The notes beneath the pieces were generated by a model. The model saw only the letters and a program-made list of their open reading frames with translations. It did no database searches and was not told where the DNA came from. This document shows positions 1 through 12,149 of a stretch of 64,000 bases of DNA, in pieces. The position numbers and the translations under genes are program-made. This DNA is from Octopus vulgaris (taxonomy: Eukaryota), in contig OX597830.1 of the NCBI GenBank assembly GCA_951406725.2, positions 496,001 through 560,000 on the forward strand, in the 5' to 3' direction. Numbering within the stretch: position 1 is the first letter of the stretch; each line of letters begins with the position of its first letter.

Positions 1-115
1 CGAGAACACACTACACACATGCACGCGTGCGTGTATGTATGTATGTATGTATGTATGTATGTATGTATGTATGTATGTATGTATGTATGTATGTATGTAT
101 GTATGTATATGTGTG

Positions 116-240
116 TTTGAAACGTTAAACCATCTTTCTTTCCTTCCCTGAGCGTCTGCTAATATTTGGCATTTACCAGGGGTTCGCGTTGTTTTTTCTT
201 GTGTTTGTTCTTTGTATTTTTGGGGCGTGGATTTACTATA
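116..240 (+). repeat. PLE pLTR fragment with the 3' half of an HHR (GAAACGTTAAAC)
   Basis: Resembles the reverse complement of 10390-10500 and 56075-56180. Confidence 0.55.
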
Positions 241-255
241 TGTATATTCATACAG

Positions 256-339
<84 letters not shown>

Positions 340-800
340 GTTTACATATTTGTTGTGCAAGATTTTTTATGTGAAGTCGTGTGTTTAAACAGACATTGTT
401 GTATTTCGGAATGGTCATTTTGCCAGTTTAGCCAATAAAACACACGCACTATATATTTGATGTTACTTTGCTTCAGTGTTATTTATTTTTTACATTAATC
501 TTAATCTTATTTCGGCCAGAGTTCTTTCGTCACACTCCTGTGACCGCATCAGTGGTCCTTTGCTTTCTTCTTTCTTATTTGTGTCTCTCCTTACTAACCG
601 TCGGCGATTTTGTATTTCTATTGTATGTGACTTCATTTGCGCATGCGTATATCTCTATGTGCGTCTATGATTAGTTAGTGTGTATGTGGGGGAATGCCTG
701 TAATATTTGTATCTTCTGTTTATATACGTTCGTGTAATTTGTTTTTGTTGTTGTTGTTTTTGTTTATTCTTATTTTGTTCATGTGTTTACATCCACTTAT
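340..800 (-). repeat. 3' pseudo-LTR (copy A) with tail repeating the ORF start
   Basis: Near-identical direct repeat of ~4360-4803. It includes the ATGACCATTCCGAAA ORF-start region, as expected for a PLE tail. Confidence 0.9.
516..555 (-). ncRNA. Minimal type I hammerhead ribozyme motif (A9->C variant), pLTR A
   Basis: CCA-CTGATGC-G-GTCACA(GGAG)TGTGAC-GAA-AGAACT-C-TGG: stem I CCA/TGG, 6-bp stem II, short stem III. Confidence 0.7.
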
Positions 801-863
801 TATTATTATTATCATTATTATTATTATTAGGTATGCTTGTATGTATGTATAACACCAATACTA

Positions 864-927
<64 letters not shown>

Positions 928-1001
928 TAATAATAATAATAATAAAAAAATTTAATTTAAGAATTAAAAAAAATTTAAATAAAAAAAACCTATATAGTTA
1001 T

Positions 1002-4000
1002 TTACTTCCATTTGTTTATAAAGCGGTACGCTACTTCACCTCCAGGGGTGGTGTCAACGAACAGGACACTCTGGTATTTGTAGCTATCATACCAAGAGTT
1101 GACCTTCCCTATTTTCTTCTTTGTCCTTTCCATAGAGTTCCATGACTTGTTCCTATAGAGTGGGCAAATCACATTCCTATTATTACATAATATATTATCA
1201 AATTTCTTAATGGTTCCTTTGTTTACTCTGATCCTTTCTTTATGGCTGTAACCTGAGAACTGCATGCGGTGAATGAACTATTGTATGTGTCTCTTTAACT
1301 CTGTGGGCTCGCACATGCATGACACATTTCTCATTATTCTGACGAGGTCTGCCATCAAAATATTGAATTTGGCATCGTCCGCGATGGCTGAGTTCCGGTG
1401 GATCAAGTATTTTGAGGCCATAGGTTTAGCATAGTACGAATGAAGGATTTGGGTTTTATTATTCACAGTTTCTATCCAGAGTTCTGTGTCTAGTACTGGT
1501 AGTCAATGGTTGGGGTGTTTAGTAGGGTAGTCTATTGTGACCTTAATACTCTAGTGGATGGAGTTAGCTATTCGCTGGATGCTCTCCATAGTATTAGTTT
1601 CTATTTCTATTTTAATAGTAGGGGTGCCTTTACAACTATGTTGATATCATCAACATAGCGAGAGTACATGTTTACGAGTATGAAGTTCTGTGTTAGGCAT
1701 TCCTTAAGCCTTCTATCCCACCATACCATGAAAAGGTTGGCCACATCACCAGCGATACTAACGCCGATGGCTGCCCCCTCGTCCTGGGCATATATTTTAT
1801 TGTTAAACTTAAACGTGTAGCCTTTTAGGGTAACTCTTATACTAGCTCCTAGTGCATGTGCGATCATTTTCTTTACCTGATGGACATTTGCGGGGCTCCG
1901 TATGGCTCTGGTCCATCCGCTCCATCTCTCTGTATGGGTCTTCCTAGCCACAGAAGTAATTGTGGGTGGTCTACCTCTTAAACGTCTACTGGGGCAGAAA
2001 CTACTAAGATTATGTTTATCTAGGTATTCGTTGTCATAAGTCAGTCTAAGTAGGAGGCCCTGTTCCTCTGTGTTGACATTGCGGAACTCCACCTTGCTCT
2101 CGTTGATCATTTCCACGCACTTCACCGCAAAATCCACGTCGATCGATGGGTATAGGGATACCACATCCATGCTATCCACCAGACATCCTGTCAGGTCGCA
2201 AGTGTTGTTACAGTCATTGATCCTGCTGAGGAGATCTTCTGTGCTGTCACAAACATCAGGTGACATCCGGATTATAGGGCGTATGATCATTGAGAGGAAG
2301 CAGGAGATTCTGTAATTGCTAGCGATATTCGCTCCACAGACTGGTCTTGTTGGTGGTCCTGCTATAGGGTCAGTAATTATTTTATGGTCCTTGCGAAGTC
2401 CATACAGTGCCGGGATATCGTTGTTCCAGGTTTGGAAATTGTAGGCTGTGCGTTTCTGGGGTCCCAGAACAATTGTCCACATCATCATGTGGGCGTTGAG
2501 GAACTTTTCTCTCTCCTCATGCGCCTGTAAAGTTGTTACTTTCGTATTGGCGATATGAGGTTGCATTGCCTGGATGTAGTTCGGTAAGCTGTCTGTTGAC
2601 ATCCTGCCGGACTTATCTGTGGGAAGGCATACCACCTCTCCGTTCCTCGTGCGCTGAATAAGCTTATGTAGGCCACATGCAGGTTTAATCCCGAGTTGTT
2701 GGGCCTCTGTCTTATTCTGTCTCTGTCTCTTAGTGTATAGTCCTAAAATCTGTCTAAGTTTGGTCCTAGCTATAGTGAACTGTGCTTCCATATGGTCATT
2801 AGCATGTCTTGGGATGTAGACCCTTTTGTTGAAGGGTAATGTTGTTGGATAAATCCGGCTCATGTTATAAGATTTGTCACAATTGTTGAAGAACTGAGTG
2901 TCAAAGTGGTTGGTATACATGTTAATGGCCCTTGTAGAGTTATCTTCCTCATCATCGTTACTACTATTTCTGTCGTTACTGCTCCCATCGTCAACCCCAC
3001 TATTATTATCACCACTATTGCCACTATTACCACTATCATTATCACCACTAATACTATTATTACTATTACCATCACAACTATTACTACTTCTACTGTTACC
3101 ACCACCACCACCACCACCACTACTACTACTACCAGCATTATTGCTATTACTGTTATTCCTACCACTGCCATTATTGCTATCATCGCTAGTGATATTCTCA
3201 TTGTTCCTGTTTCTGGTGTTGTTCGTATTAGTGTTGGTTCTTATGTCTGTCTGTTGGTCCCTGCCATTCTCTCTGTTGTGGTTGTTATTTTTGTTCCTAC
3301 CAGTAGTGTTTTCTGTTTCAAGTCTGCTGACTCCCTGTCCAAGAATTCTGTTGCATTCAACTTTATGCTCCATCGTGACCCCCATGACACAACTTTTATT
3401 CGGGTCCTTGTGACTATGGTTATCTGTGTGTGTGTTTGTGTGTCCGTTTCCCCTATAATTGTTGTTGTTGTTGCTGTTGCTGTTGTATACATTTTTTTCT
3501 GTTTTTGTATTTGTATCTATTGCTTGCGTTCATGCATTCATTTTTGCTGTTGTTGTTGTTGTTGCCGATGTTAGGGTTGTAGCTGTTCGTGTTGTTTTTG
3601 TTGCTACGGTTGTTGTTGCTGCGGTCATTATTGTTTGTGTTGTTGTTGCTGCGGTTATTGTTGTTCGTGTTGCCGTCTGTGTTGTTATTGTTGTTCGTAT
3701 TGTTGTTGTTGTCACTCGTGTTGTCGTTGTTCCTATTTAAATTCCAACGTATTTTTGTGAACGACTTTTCAATCTCGGACAGGCATTTGATGGTATTCAC
3801 ATTATTATATATCGCATATTTTGGTGGTAGTTGAAGTATCGATATTTCATCTGGGTCCGTTGTTATTCCCCCATAGATGTTCGCTTCATTGTCCTTGTTG
3901 AATTCTGCTGGTAGTGGGACATCTTCCATAATAATTCCGTTTATTGTATCTCGATACTTCTGCTTTTCTTCCTTTGCGAGCTCATATTGATGTTTATGTT

Positions 4001-4429
4001 TCAACCACGACAACTTCCTCTTAAAATGGATATTGCACTGGTGTATTACGAGTCTGCTTTCTTCAGATATTATATCCATAACTGTGGTTTTCTCTTTTCA
4101 TGTGGTGATGTTTTTAATTTCTTTTTAAAATATACGTTTACGTTTTTCTTGCTCGCTTAGCTCTTTGTATATTTTGTTTTTAATATTTACCATCAGCTCT
4201 CCTGTTTAACCTTTCAGCCTGTCCTTTGGTGAGATCAAGCCGTTTAACGTTGGCTGTGACCTTGTTGATACATATTCTGGACGAGACACATTGTTTTGTA
4301 AAATGAAGCTGTTGCGTTGTCACAGTTTTCCTTAGGCAACAGAATACAGTGTCCTTCAGCTTCTTGCAAAGCCTGGCTATGGCTAAGTCGTGTGTTGAAA
4401 CAGATATTGTTGAATTTCGGAATGGTCAT
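1002..4429 (-). pseudogene. PLE polyprotein (N-terminal domain, RT, thumb) broken by stops and frameshifts
   Basis: ORFs 3453-4079, 1607-3385, 1278-1466 and 1002-1265 are collinear. Motifs: PTDKSGRM, LYGLRKDHK..PPTRPVCGA, SMDVVSLYPSID, YAQDEGAAIGVSIAGDVANLFM, YSRYVDD, (by hand) IDYPTKHPNH*LPVLD, YAKPMAS, FSGY, PLYR, VLFVDTTPGG. Frameshifts at ~3495 (T-run) and ~1620; stops at ~1505, ~1552 and ~1278. Confidence 0.9.
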
Positions 4430-4803
4430 TTTGCCAGTTTAGCCAATAAAGACACACGCACTATATATTTGGTGTTACTTTGCTTCAGTGTTATTTATTT
4501 TTTACATTAAAATTAATCTTATTTCGGTCAGAGTTCTTTCATCACACTCCTGTGACCGCATCAGTGGTCCTTTGCTTTCTTCTTTCTTATTTGTGTCTCT
4601 CCTTACTAACCGTCGGCGATTTTGTATTTCTATTGTATGTGACTTCATTTGCGCATGCGTATATCGCTATGCGCGTCTATGTTTAGTTAGTGTGTGTGGG
4701 GTGGGGAAATGCCTGTAATATTTGTATCTTCTGTTTATATACGTTCGTGTAATTTGTTTTTTGTTTTTGTTTATTCTTATTTTGTTCATGTGTTTACATC
4801 CAA
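4360..4803 (-). repeat. 5' pseudo-LTR (copy B)
   Basis: Direct repeat of 340-800; ORF-track peptides at 468-674 and 4480-4686 are almost identical. Confidence 0.9.
4528..4567 (-). ncRNA. Hammerhead motif, pLTR B (two substitutions)
   Basis: Same motif, with TGG->TGA in stem I and GAC->GAT in stem II. Confidence 0.6.
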
Positions 4804-4811
4804 TAATAATA

Positions 4812-5205
4812 AGTGGATGTAACCACATGAACAAAATAAGAATAAACAAAAACAAAAAGCAAATTACATGAACGTATATAAACAGAAGAAAGAAATATTA
4901 CAGGCATCCCCCACACACACACTAACTAAACATAGACGCACATAGAGATATACGCATGCGCAAATGAAGACACATACCATAGAAATACAAAATGGCTGAC
5001 GGTTAGTAAGGAGAGACACAAATAAGAAAGAAAGCAAAGTACCACTGATGCGGTCACAGGAGTGTGACGAAAGAACTCTGGCCGAAATAAGAAAATAAGT
5101 TTAATGTAAAAAATAAATATCACTGAAGCAAAGTAACACCAAATATACAGTGCGTGTGTTTTTATTGGCTAAACTGGCAAAATGACTATTCCGAAATACA
5201 ACAAT
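4812..5205 (+). repeat. Inverted pseudo-LTR (copy C)
   Basis: Reverse complement of copy B. The junction acatcca-ataataataag-tggatgt makes a ~400-bp-arm palindrome. Confidence 0.9.
5042..5081 (+). ncRNA. Hammerhead motif, pLTR C
   Basis: ccactgatgcggtcacaggagtgtgacgaaagaactctgg; predicted cut after C5078. Confidence 0.7.
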
Positions 5206-5222
5206 ATATATATATATATATA

Positions 5223-5982
<760 letters not shown>

Positions 5983-6648
5983 ATATATATATATATATAT
6001 ATAATTCTATATTTCATACTTATTTTCTCTTATGTGTGTATGTGTGCGCGTGTGCGCTAGAATGAATATAACTTATCGGAGAATAAACAATAGCTTTGAC
6101 ATTTGACTGCATTAGTCATCCTGAATAACGAGTGACGCCATGCTATGAAGACGTTTACAGTGGAAAAGAGAAAGCTGAGTTGACGTAGATCAGTTGATAG
6201 TAAAGCTAAACTTAGATGATGGCTATTTCCTTCGGCAAATATTTCATGTTGAGAAACAAACATTACTGAATTGCTTCCCAGAAAATCAACTATTGATACG
6301 GATGTAAATTAAATGGAGGCAAATCCCAAAAGCAAATTTAGTCAGCCACCACTATTAAGAGATACATCGTTTTTCATCTCATGTTTGTATTTCAAGATCG
6401 AACACCCGCTCTCCTTTCTTTGTTTATTTTACTTTTTAATATAAAAACAAAGAAAGCAGAGAAATCAATACATTCCCCTTTATTTTATTTTTTTTCCTTA
6501 GAATTCTTTACTTCATGTGACAGAAAGGAGTCCGGCTTGCAATTCTTTGGGTTAAATTTCCCCAGCGTCTACTAGCTTCAGCTTAAAGAAGACGATTCAT
6601 CATTAAAGATCGCGGTGTAGAATAGATGATATATATATATATATCTTT

Positions 6649-6930
6649 ATACCTACCTACCTACCTACCTACCTACCTGTCAGTCAATCAGTCTACCTAC
6701 CTACCTACCTACCTACCTACCTACCTACCTACCCACCTACCTACATACCTACCTACCTACCTACCTACCTACCTACCTACCTACCTACCTACCTACCTAC
6801 CTACCTACCTACCTACCTACCTACCTACCTACCTACCTACCTACCTATCTATCTATCTATCTATCTATCTACCTGTCTATCTGTCTGTCTATCTATTTAT
6901 TTACCTATATATCTATATATCTACCTATCT
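6649..6930. repeat. (CCTA)n/(TCTA)n microsatellite
   Basis: Direct inspection. Confidence 0.95.
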
Positions 6931-7385
6931 ATTTATATTTAGATAAATGATAGCTAAATATGCATACGCACACAAACATATACATGTACAGACACATTTT
7001 TTACGTGGTTTGATATCTTGAAACGACTCTTGTTTTCGAGTATTAGAAATCTATATACAAGCCAATTGGATATCTCAGACATTTATACGAACGCGAAGAA
7101 AACAGAAAAAAATAGTCTCTTAGCATTGGATGGAATCGCGGACATTGTATTGGTGAGTTATAAAAGGAGGGAAAAAATGTGAAGATCAAGTGGGATCTAT
7201 ATCATCTGGTGTTTGCTATAGCCTCTTCTTTATGTCGTTTCTATTCAATGGACATGTTTACATCCAACATAGATAAACCTATAGTAATAATAACAATGAT
7301 AATAACAACAATAACAGTAATAATGAGGAGGAGGAGGAGAAGGATTCGTTATTATTGTTGTTATTGATGTTATTGTTGTTATTAT

Positions 7386-7520
7386 TAAGGTGGCGAGCTG
7401 GCAGAATCATTAGCTTACCGGATATAATGCTTAAATGCATTTCATCCGTATTTACACTGTGAGTTCAAATTCCGCTGAGGTGACTTTGCTTTCCATTACT
7501 CGGGGCCGATGAAATCGATA
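7386..7520 (+). mobile_element. SINE family 3 fragment
   Basis: aaggtggcgagctggcagaatcattagc...gagttcaaattccg; shared with 40461, 43950-44460, 50375, 54170-54690 and 62300-62945. Confidence 0.75.
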
Positions 7521-7574
7521 ACTTTTTCTTCTCTTTCCTCTTCTCATAATCATTATTATTATTTGAGAAAAACA

Positions 7575-8070
7575 CGATATCCACAATGTCGAAAGTATGC
7601 TGTTGAGAGTTCAGTACGGATGGGTTGGGCACGTTGTTCGAATGGAAGATGATCAGATTCCCAAAATTCTTTTGTATGACTAACGAGTAGAGGGAACCCG
7701 TGGTAAAGGCAGAGCCCTGCTAACGTTTAAAGGATAAGATGAAACAATTACTAAAATCCATTCAGCTTAATTTTACATCTTAGGTAAGTTATTGCCTAGA
7801 TCGATGTGAGTGGCGTAAAATGTGTCATGATGCATCTAATCAATTTGAGTTGAAGAGACAGAAAAAAAAATTTATCCTTTAGCCATCAATACCAAAATCG
7901 TCATTGTCCCCATTGTGATTTCATAGCAAATTCCATAACTGAACTCAGATTCACGCAACCTTTGCATATAGGTGCAGCCTCTCTTTTAGTCCTTTTTTCT
8001 TTCTTTCATTGTTATCCAGTTTAAATCCATTACTTCAAACACTCATCCGTCGAAATCGAAGGGATTCATC
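7575..8070 (+). mobile_element. RTE-clade LINE 3' fragment
   Basis: Hand translation QYGWVGHVVRMEDDQIPKILLYD*RVEGTRGKGRALL resembles the RTE C-terminal WxGHVxRM..R.PK..LYG motif; ends in a (CAT)n tail. Confidence 0.75.
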
Positions 8071-8094
8071 ATTATCATCATCACCATCACCATC

Positions 8095-9225
8095 ATATCA
8101 TTTTACTTTTCAGAGCTCTTCATCTTACTTGCTCTGGTTGGTTCGTTGAGAGCGAACTGAAATCTGTTGTCAAACATCTCAGTGTCTTTCAAGGTTCCTT
8201 TCCACGAATTTCAAGGTTTGGAAGTATCATGGAAAATACGTAACACCCAATCAACAATCTCAAAATCCTCGCTGTCCCCAACAGAGCAAGTTTTGAGGAT
8301 GCTTTACCCTCACGTCAAAACCAATTTCTCCGGTTTATTTCTCAGACTTGGTTGTCAGTACCCTACAACTACTGGGATGACAGTTAGCCTTTTCATTAGC
8401 CACATTTTTGCAACTTCATCATTTACAAACTTATATTTTCCCACCTTTTCCAGCTCTTTGTCAACTACGCGTATGTCCCCAGGATTAATTCTCCCCTTTA
8501 TCTACCAAAATAATGTCTGGTCTTCGGGCAGAGTCGCATTTGTAAAATCCCATAAGATCCTACATTCATTATTTTCAGTGACGCCTTCAACTTCATATTT
8601 ATACCATTTCCGTGTTCTTCTAAGACCATACTTTTCACACAGTCCCCTGTGAACAAACTTAACCATGTTATTGTGTCTCCTTTTGTATTCTTTTTGGACC
8701 AGCTTGCCACACTCACAATATGTGAGATTGTTTCGTTTCTGTTAGCCCACATACAAAAGAGGGGCGACTCACTGCTCTTATCTATTTGAAACTAGTTCTC
8801 AGACTTTGTTCCTGTGTCCTGTATATCAATGTTTCGGCGAATCCTTTCAGATCACTTTTCCTTCCCCAGGTGTTGGTCTTTTCTTTCCCTTCGGTTTCTC
8901 TGAAGTATTGCCTATGCATTGTTTTCATTTTGCAGTTATTTGATCTTTGTTCTCTATCTTGTTTCTTAAATGTTTCTGGGTGCATCATATTTTCGGTCGG
9001 TATCGTGTTGCTATTTCTAGCAGTCATAAGCAAGGGTTCAATCTGCTGTATGACGTACCATTCCAGACATTTTTCACCATTGAAAACAGAGAGATCGTGC
9101 ATCCTATGAGACCTATTCCTCATTTGTACGTAGGGCACAGTATCGCCTTTAGGGGGCATTTCCTTATTCCTTATCATCACGTCCCTGTTTATTCTATTTC
9201 TTCAAGCCTGTCTGTGTCCTCCTAA
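8095..9225 (-). mobile_element. R4/Dong-like LINE 3' fragment, decayed
   Basis: KTMHRQYFRETE, KSDLKGFAETLIYRTQEQSLRT, NETISHIVS; downstream IPVVVG-L motif of the RLE endonuclease region. Confidence 0.8.
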
Positions 9226-9236
9226 CAACACCGTAT

Positions 9237-9382
9237 CTAGCGATCGTGATTTCAATTCCGCGACCTGGTGGTGCGTTGTGCTCTTGAGCAAAACACTTCA
9301 TTCCACGTTGTTCTGCGATCACTTCGACACCTGACATGTAACACAGCTTGCATCTGTTCAGACACTGTCAATTTGATGGCGG

Positions 9383-9439
<57 letters not shown>

Positions 9440-9560
9440 CGAGAGAGAAAGAGAGAAAACGGAGAGAAAGAGGGCTAATGTGCGGCACGGACATGTGATC
9501 ACTATAAACAAATCATTTGTGTAGGTCGTTTGGGAAAAGCTAAAAGCTCATACGTCCATC
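9237..9560 (+). mobile_element. SINE family 2 fragment with internal (GA)n
   Basis: gcgatcgtgatttcaattccgcgacctgg...cttgagcaaaacacttcattccacgttg; matches the heads at 24213, 27038 and 57915. Confidence 0.7.
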
Positions 9561-9589
9561 ATCATCATTAATATTATCATTAGGGTAAA

Positions 9590-9870
9590 GATAAAGACCC
9601 CATTGATCATGAATGACCATAGGATTGTACCTAGAAAAGAGGTACAAATCCTAATGAGATTGTTTATGGAAGATCAGCAATAGCCCATGCATACCAATCT
9701 CGCCTCTCCACGCCACCGATGTTATCCAAGGGAAAGCAAAGAGTGATAAAACTTGGTACCAGTGACGTCGCAATTTATTTCTACAACTGAGTGACCTGGA
9801 GCACCGGGAAATAAAGTGTCTTGCTCAAGAACACAACACACATCCCGGTCCGGGAACCGAATTCACTACC
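9590..9870 (-). mobile_element. tRNA-headed SINE with RTE-5'UTR-like (Ceph-like) body
   Basis: Family-2-type head, followed by a segment (cctctccacgccaccgatgttatccaaggg...ttggtaccagt) similar to 55690-55760. Confidence 0.6.
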
Positions 9871-10384
9871 ATAAGTAGAAAGGGTGATTATTATAAAACA
9901 AGTTGAGAATTGGCAAGACAGTCATTCTGCACACTTTAGTTGTGTCCCTTTAGGTTACCGAGTTCAAATCTTGACGCTTTCACATTTGCCGTTTATCGAC
10001 CCAAGGTGGATAAATAAGTTACTCGAGGAGTACCGGAAACAATAAACCACATTGCGCCTTGTACAAAAGATAAAAGCAATTATAATTAATATTATGAGTC
10101 CACAGATTTTAAGGTAATTGAGACTGTACTGTATGAAGCCAGGCCCTGGAGGCACAAAAGTTGCCAGAGGGAAAGTATTTAACTAGGTCACACTGGGATT
10201 TGAATCCGTAGCACAAAGTGCTGGAACAAATGCTGCAAAGCATCTGGTTCGACATTCGTATATTTCCACCGCTCTAGATTGGTGATATTTTTAATGGATG
10301 GGAATGGGAAAGAAAGTAAAAGAAAGGAAAAGGGAGAAAGAGAGAGAGAGAGATATGTGTATGTGTTTTATGTTGTTTTTTTTA

Positions 10385-11395
10385 TATATATACCCCAAAC
10401 ATAAAAACACAAAGAGAAAACACAACACGAGGACGTGGAACAAATATAGTATTATTGGACGCTTAGGAAGGAAGGGAAGAAGGAGGGTTTAACGTTTCGA
10501 GCGGAGCTCTTCGTCGGAAACATAGGAGAAGGAAAGATCCAGAGAAGGGAAGACAGAAGAAAAAAATCGCAAACGGTACACACGCGGTCACATTTTGAAT
10601 CTGTGTGGACCCGTGGAAAAACACGCAAAGTTTGAGGCGGCGCAGGAACTGGTTGACGTCGGTCCGGGTCTCAAATTCGACACAGTGGCGCGTGAGATTC
10701 GTGAAGCGGAGTCCCTTACTGAGGAGAGAGCGGTCGGCAGGGGAGAGGAGGAGATTGGGGGTTTTAGTGACAACAGTGCGAGGAAGCAGGGTGGTGGGAT
10801 GAGTGGGGTCAGGAAGAGGGGGTGCAGAGGTGTGGGGAGGAGAGTTGGAATAGTTGGGTGAAGATGGGGTAAGCGTAGGAAGGTCAGGGTGGGGTGTGTG
10901 TGGGTCTGTGGAGGGTGCAGGGGAGAAGGGGGAGTGTCAGATTGGAGGGAGTCGGGGGAGCTGGAGGGGAAGATGTAGGGGATGGGGAGGGGAAGGAGGT
11001 GAAGGGTTGAGGAGGTGGTGGAGTTTTTTGCTTTTTGTTGTGTGTGAGGAAATTGTGGAGTTGGTGGTTGAGATTAAGAATGAAGCGGAGAATGGGTTGG
11101 GTGAAAAGTGGAGGGCAGAGGGAGGAGAGAGGGAGGTAAACCTGGGGAAGTTGGTGGTCAAGAGAGTGAAGGAGAGCGCGGGTGGAACGGATGGTGGCAC
11201 GGACGAGGATGCGGGAAGTGCGGGCGAGGGTGGGTTCGATGAGAGGGGAGGAATAGGGGGTGGCGTGGAACTTCAAGAGGAAGCCACGGGGTGTGACGTG
11301 ATGGCGGAGGCAACGGCTAAGAAAGGAGAGATGGCTAGAGTGGCGAGTTTTTTTAAAAAGCAAGCATTGGGAGGGAGCAAGAAAACGGCAAAGTT
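10385..11395 (-). mobile_element. Internally deleted PLE (N-terminal domain only, plus pLTR with HHR)
   Basis: ORF 10884-11363 has HLSFLSRCLRHHVTPRGFLLKF. By hand, LSKGLRF...DVNQFLRRLKLCVFF at ~10720-10615 is the usual pre-RT motif, followed directly by the pLTR. No RT or EN. Confidence 0.75.
10487..10521 (-). ncRNA. Minimal type I HHR (U4->C variant), palindromic stem III
   Basis: GTTT-CCGACGA-A-GAGC(TCC)GCTC-GAA-ACGT-T-AAAC. Confidence 0.7.
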
Positions 11396-12028
11396 AGATT
11401 GGGACTGTGGCAATGTCCGCTGCCGTAGACATCGATATATCTTCTGTGGGTTGTATGGACTTTGCTCTTTTCGTGGGTGGTAGGAAAGTTTGTGGTGCGT
11501 TGGGTTGGCTGTGTTGGAATCTGTTGGTGTGTTTTCTATGTCTGGGGGTGGCTTATGTCTCTTGCACCCATTAGGCAGGAGGCTTTGAGGTGAGCTTTTT
11601 GCTCACTTCGGTAGCACTTGGGTCATCGCCTTTCCACCATCACGTGCAGTATTGTGCCATCTGTTATGTTTATCAAGTCTGGTATATGTTTTAGGTCCTC
11701 CGGTTTACTTCAATTAGCAACTCTGTCCCCTGGCCCCAATCAGTTCTATTGGTGCTGTTTGGTATTTTGTAATATGTTTATTTTGTCCTCAATGTGAAGC
11801 AGGACAGCTACCAGCACCCATAAGCCGTCAATCACTGGAGGGCACGTCCCCAATTTCAACTTTTGAGTCACTTCGACAACCCAGGTAGGTCGACAGGAGC
11901 ACCATCTAGTTCGCTTTCAGGGACATTGTGAAGTGTTCTTTGGATTCGTCTTCCGAAGCGAGCCTCACCTTCACAGTGCCATATTTTTCCTCTCTGGCCA
12001 CGTATTTGATCCTTGACCATAATGGTTG
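11393..12028 (-). repeat. ~630-bp duplicate of 14527-15160 (gag-like ORF1 fragment)
   Basis: Near-identical direct repeat starting ttagattgggactgtggcaatgtccg. Confidence 0.9.
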
Positions 12029-12071
<43 letters not shown>

Positions 12072-12149
12072 ATAAAGATTTTGTTGCAAGTCACATTTGA
12101 TTGCCAATATTCCATTTCTTGTCAACTTTGGTTAAGTTGTGCTTCATAG

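Larger units (their letters stand above)
340..5205 (-). mobile_element. Penelope-like retroelement (Naiad-like RT), near full length, decayed, no GIY-YIG visible
   Basis: Minus-strand layout: inverted pLTR (4812-5205), pLTR (~4360-4803), ORF (~4429-1002), pLTR plus tail (~340-800). RT motifs are of PLE type. (TA)n lies at both outer ends. Confidence 0.9.

Noticed and set aside
2860-3834. Overlapping hydrophobic poly-L/V/I/T ORFs
   Set aside because: These are alternative frames or the antisense strand of the Asn-rich microsatellite.
1002-4429. Selenocysteine recoding (reported for some Naiad PLEs) of in-frame TGA codons
   Set aside because: The TGA at ~1505 falls at an Arg-type position (H*LPVLD), consistent with CpG decay. 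TAG/TAA stops and frameshifts also occur, and the ATGA..AA..GA candidate in the pLTR does not form a SECIS stem.
6649-6850. Telomeric repeat
   Set aside because: The unit is CCTA (TAGG), not CCCTAA; it is an ordinary tetranucleotide microsatellite.
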